Positions 63,954 through 64,000 of a stretch of DNA of 64,000 nt are shown here, in pieces; the stretch's first letter is position 1; the number at the start of each line of letters is the position of its first letter. The stretch is from assembly GCA_951406725.2 (NCBI GenBank), contig OX597835.1, forward strand, positions 41,478,001-41,542,000, given 5' to 3'. This DNA is from Octopus vulgaris (lineage: Eukaryota). The translations under genes and the position numbers were made by a program. The notes under the pieces are model-generated. The model was not told where the DNA came from. It saw nothing but the letters and a program-made list of their open reading frames with translations, and made no database searches.

Positions 63954-64000
63954 CAATGGGCTTCTTTCAGTTTCCTTCTACCAAATCCACTCACAAGGCT

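Overview
Repeat-dense, AT-rich animal genomic DNA, very probably an octopus; this is inferred from the tRNA-derived SINE families and (TA)n/(CA)n arrays, not from a database search. Three protein-coding genes can be reconstructed by hand. (1) A SOCS2/CISH-like SH2 plus SOCS-box gene on the minus strand, ATG at 762, running off the left edge, with a cluster of STAT (GAS) sites upstream. (2) NUDT2 (Ap4A hydrolase) on the minus strand, two coding exons (40239-40125, 11415-11099) separated by a ~28.7 kb intron. (3) HENMT1/Hen1 (small-RNA 2'-O-methyltransferase) on the plus strand, six coding exons (44178-54388, 439 aa), head-to-head with NUDT2. The remainder is SINEs, RTE/CR1/R4-like LINE remnants, a Ty3/Gypsy relic, maT (DD37D), piggyBac, hAT and mariner MITEs, a Helitron and microsatellites. 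The most interesting signals are several sequence-unrelated type-I hammerhead ribozyme motifs, including one carried by a tRNA-headed SINE-like element and one in the sense orientation of the NUDT2 pre-mRNA, plus a Vasa-like acidic-Trp C-terminus (EEQWD*) and altered FXPP/SAM motifs in HENMT1. Most ORFs in the supplied track are repeat artefacts.
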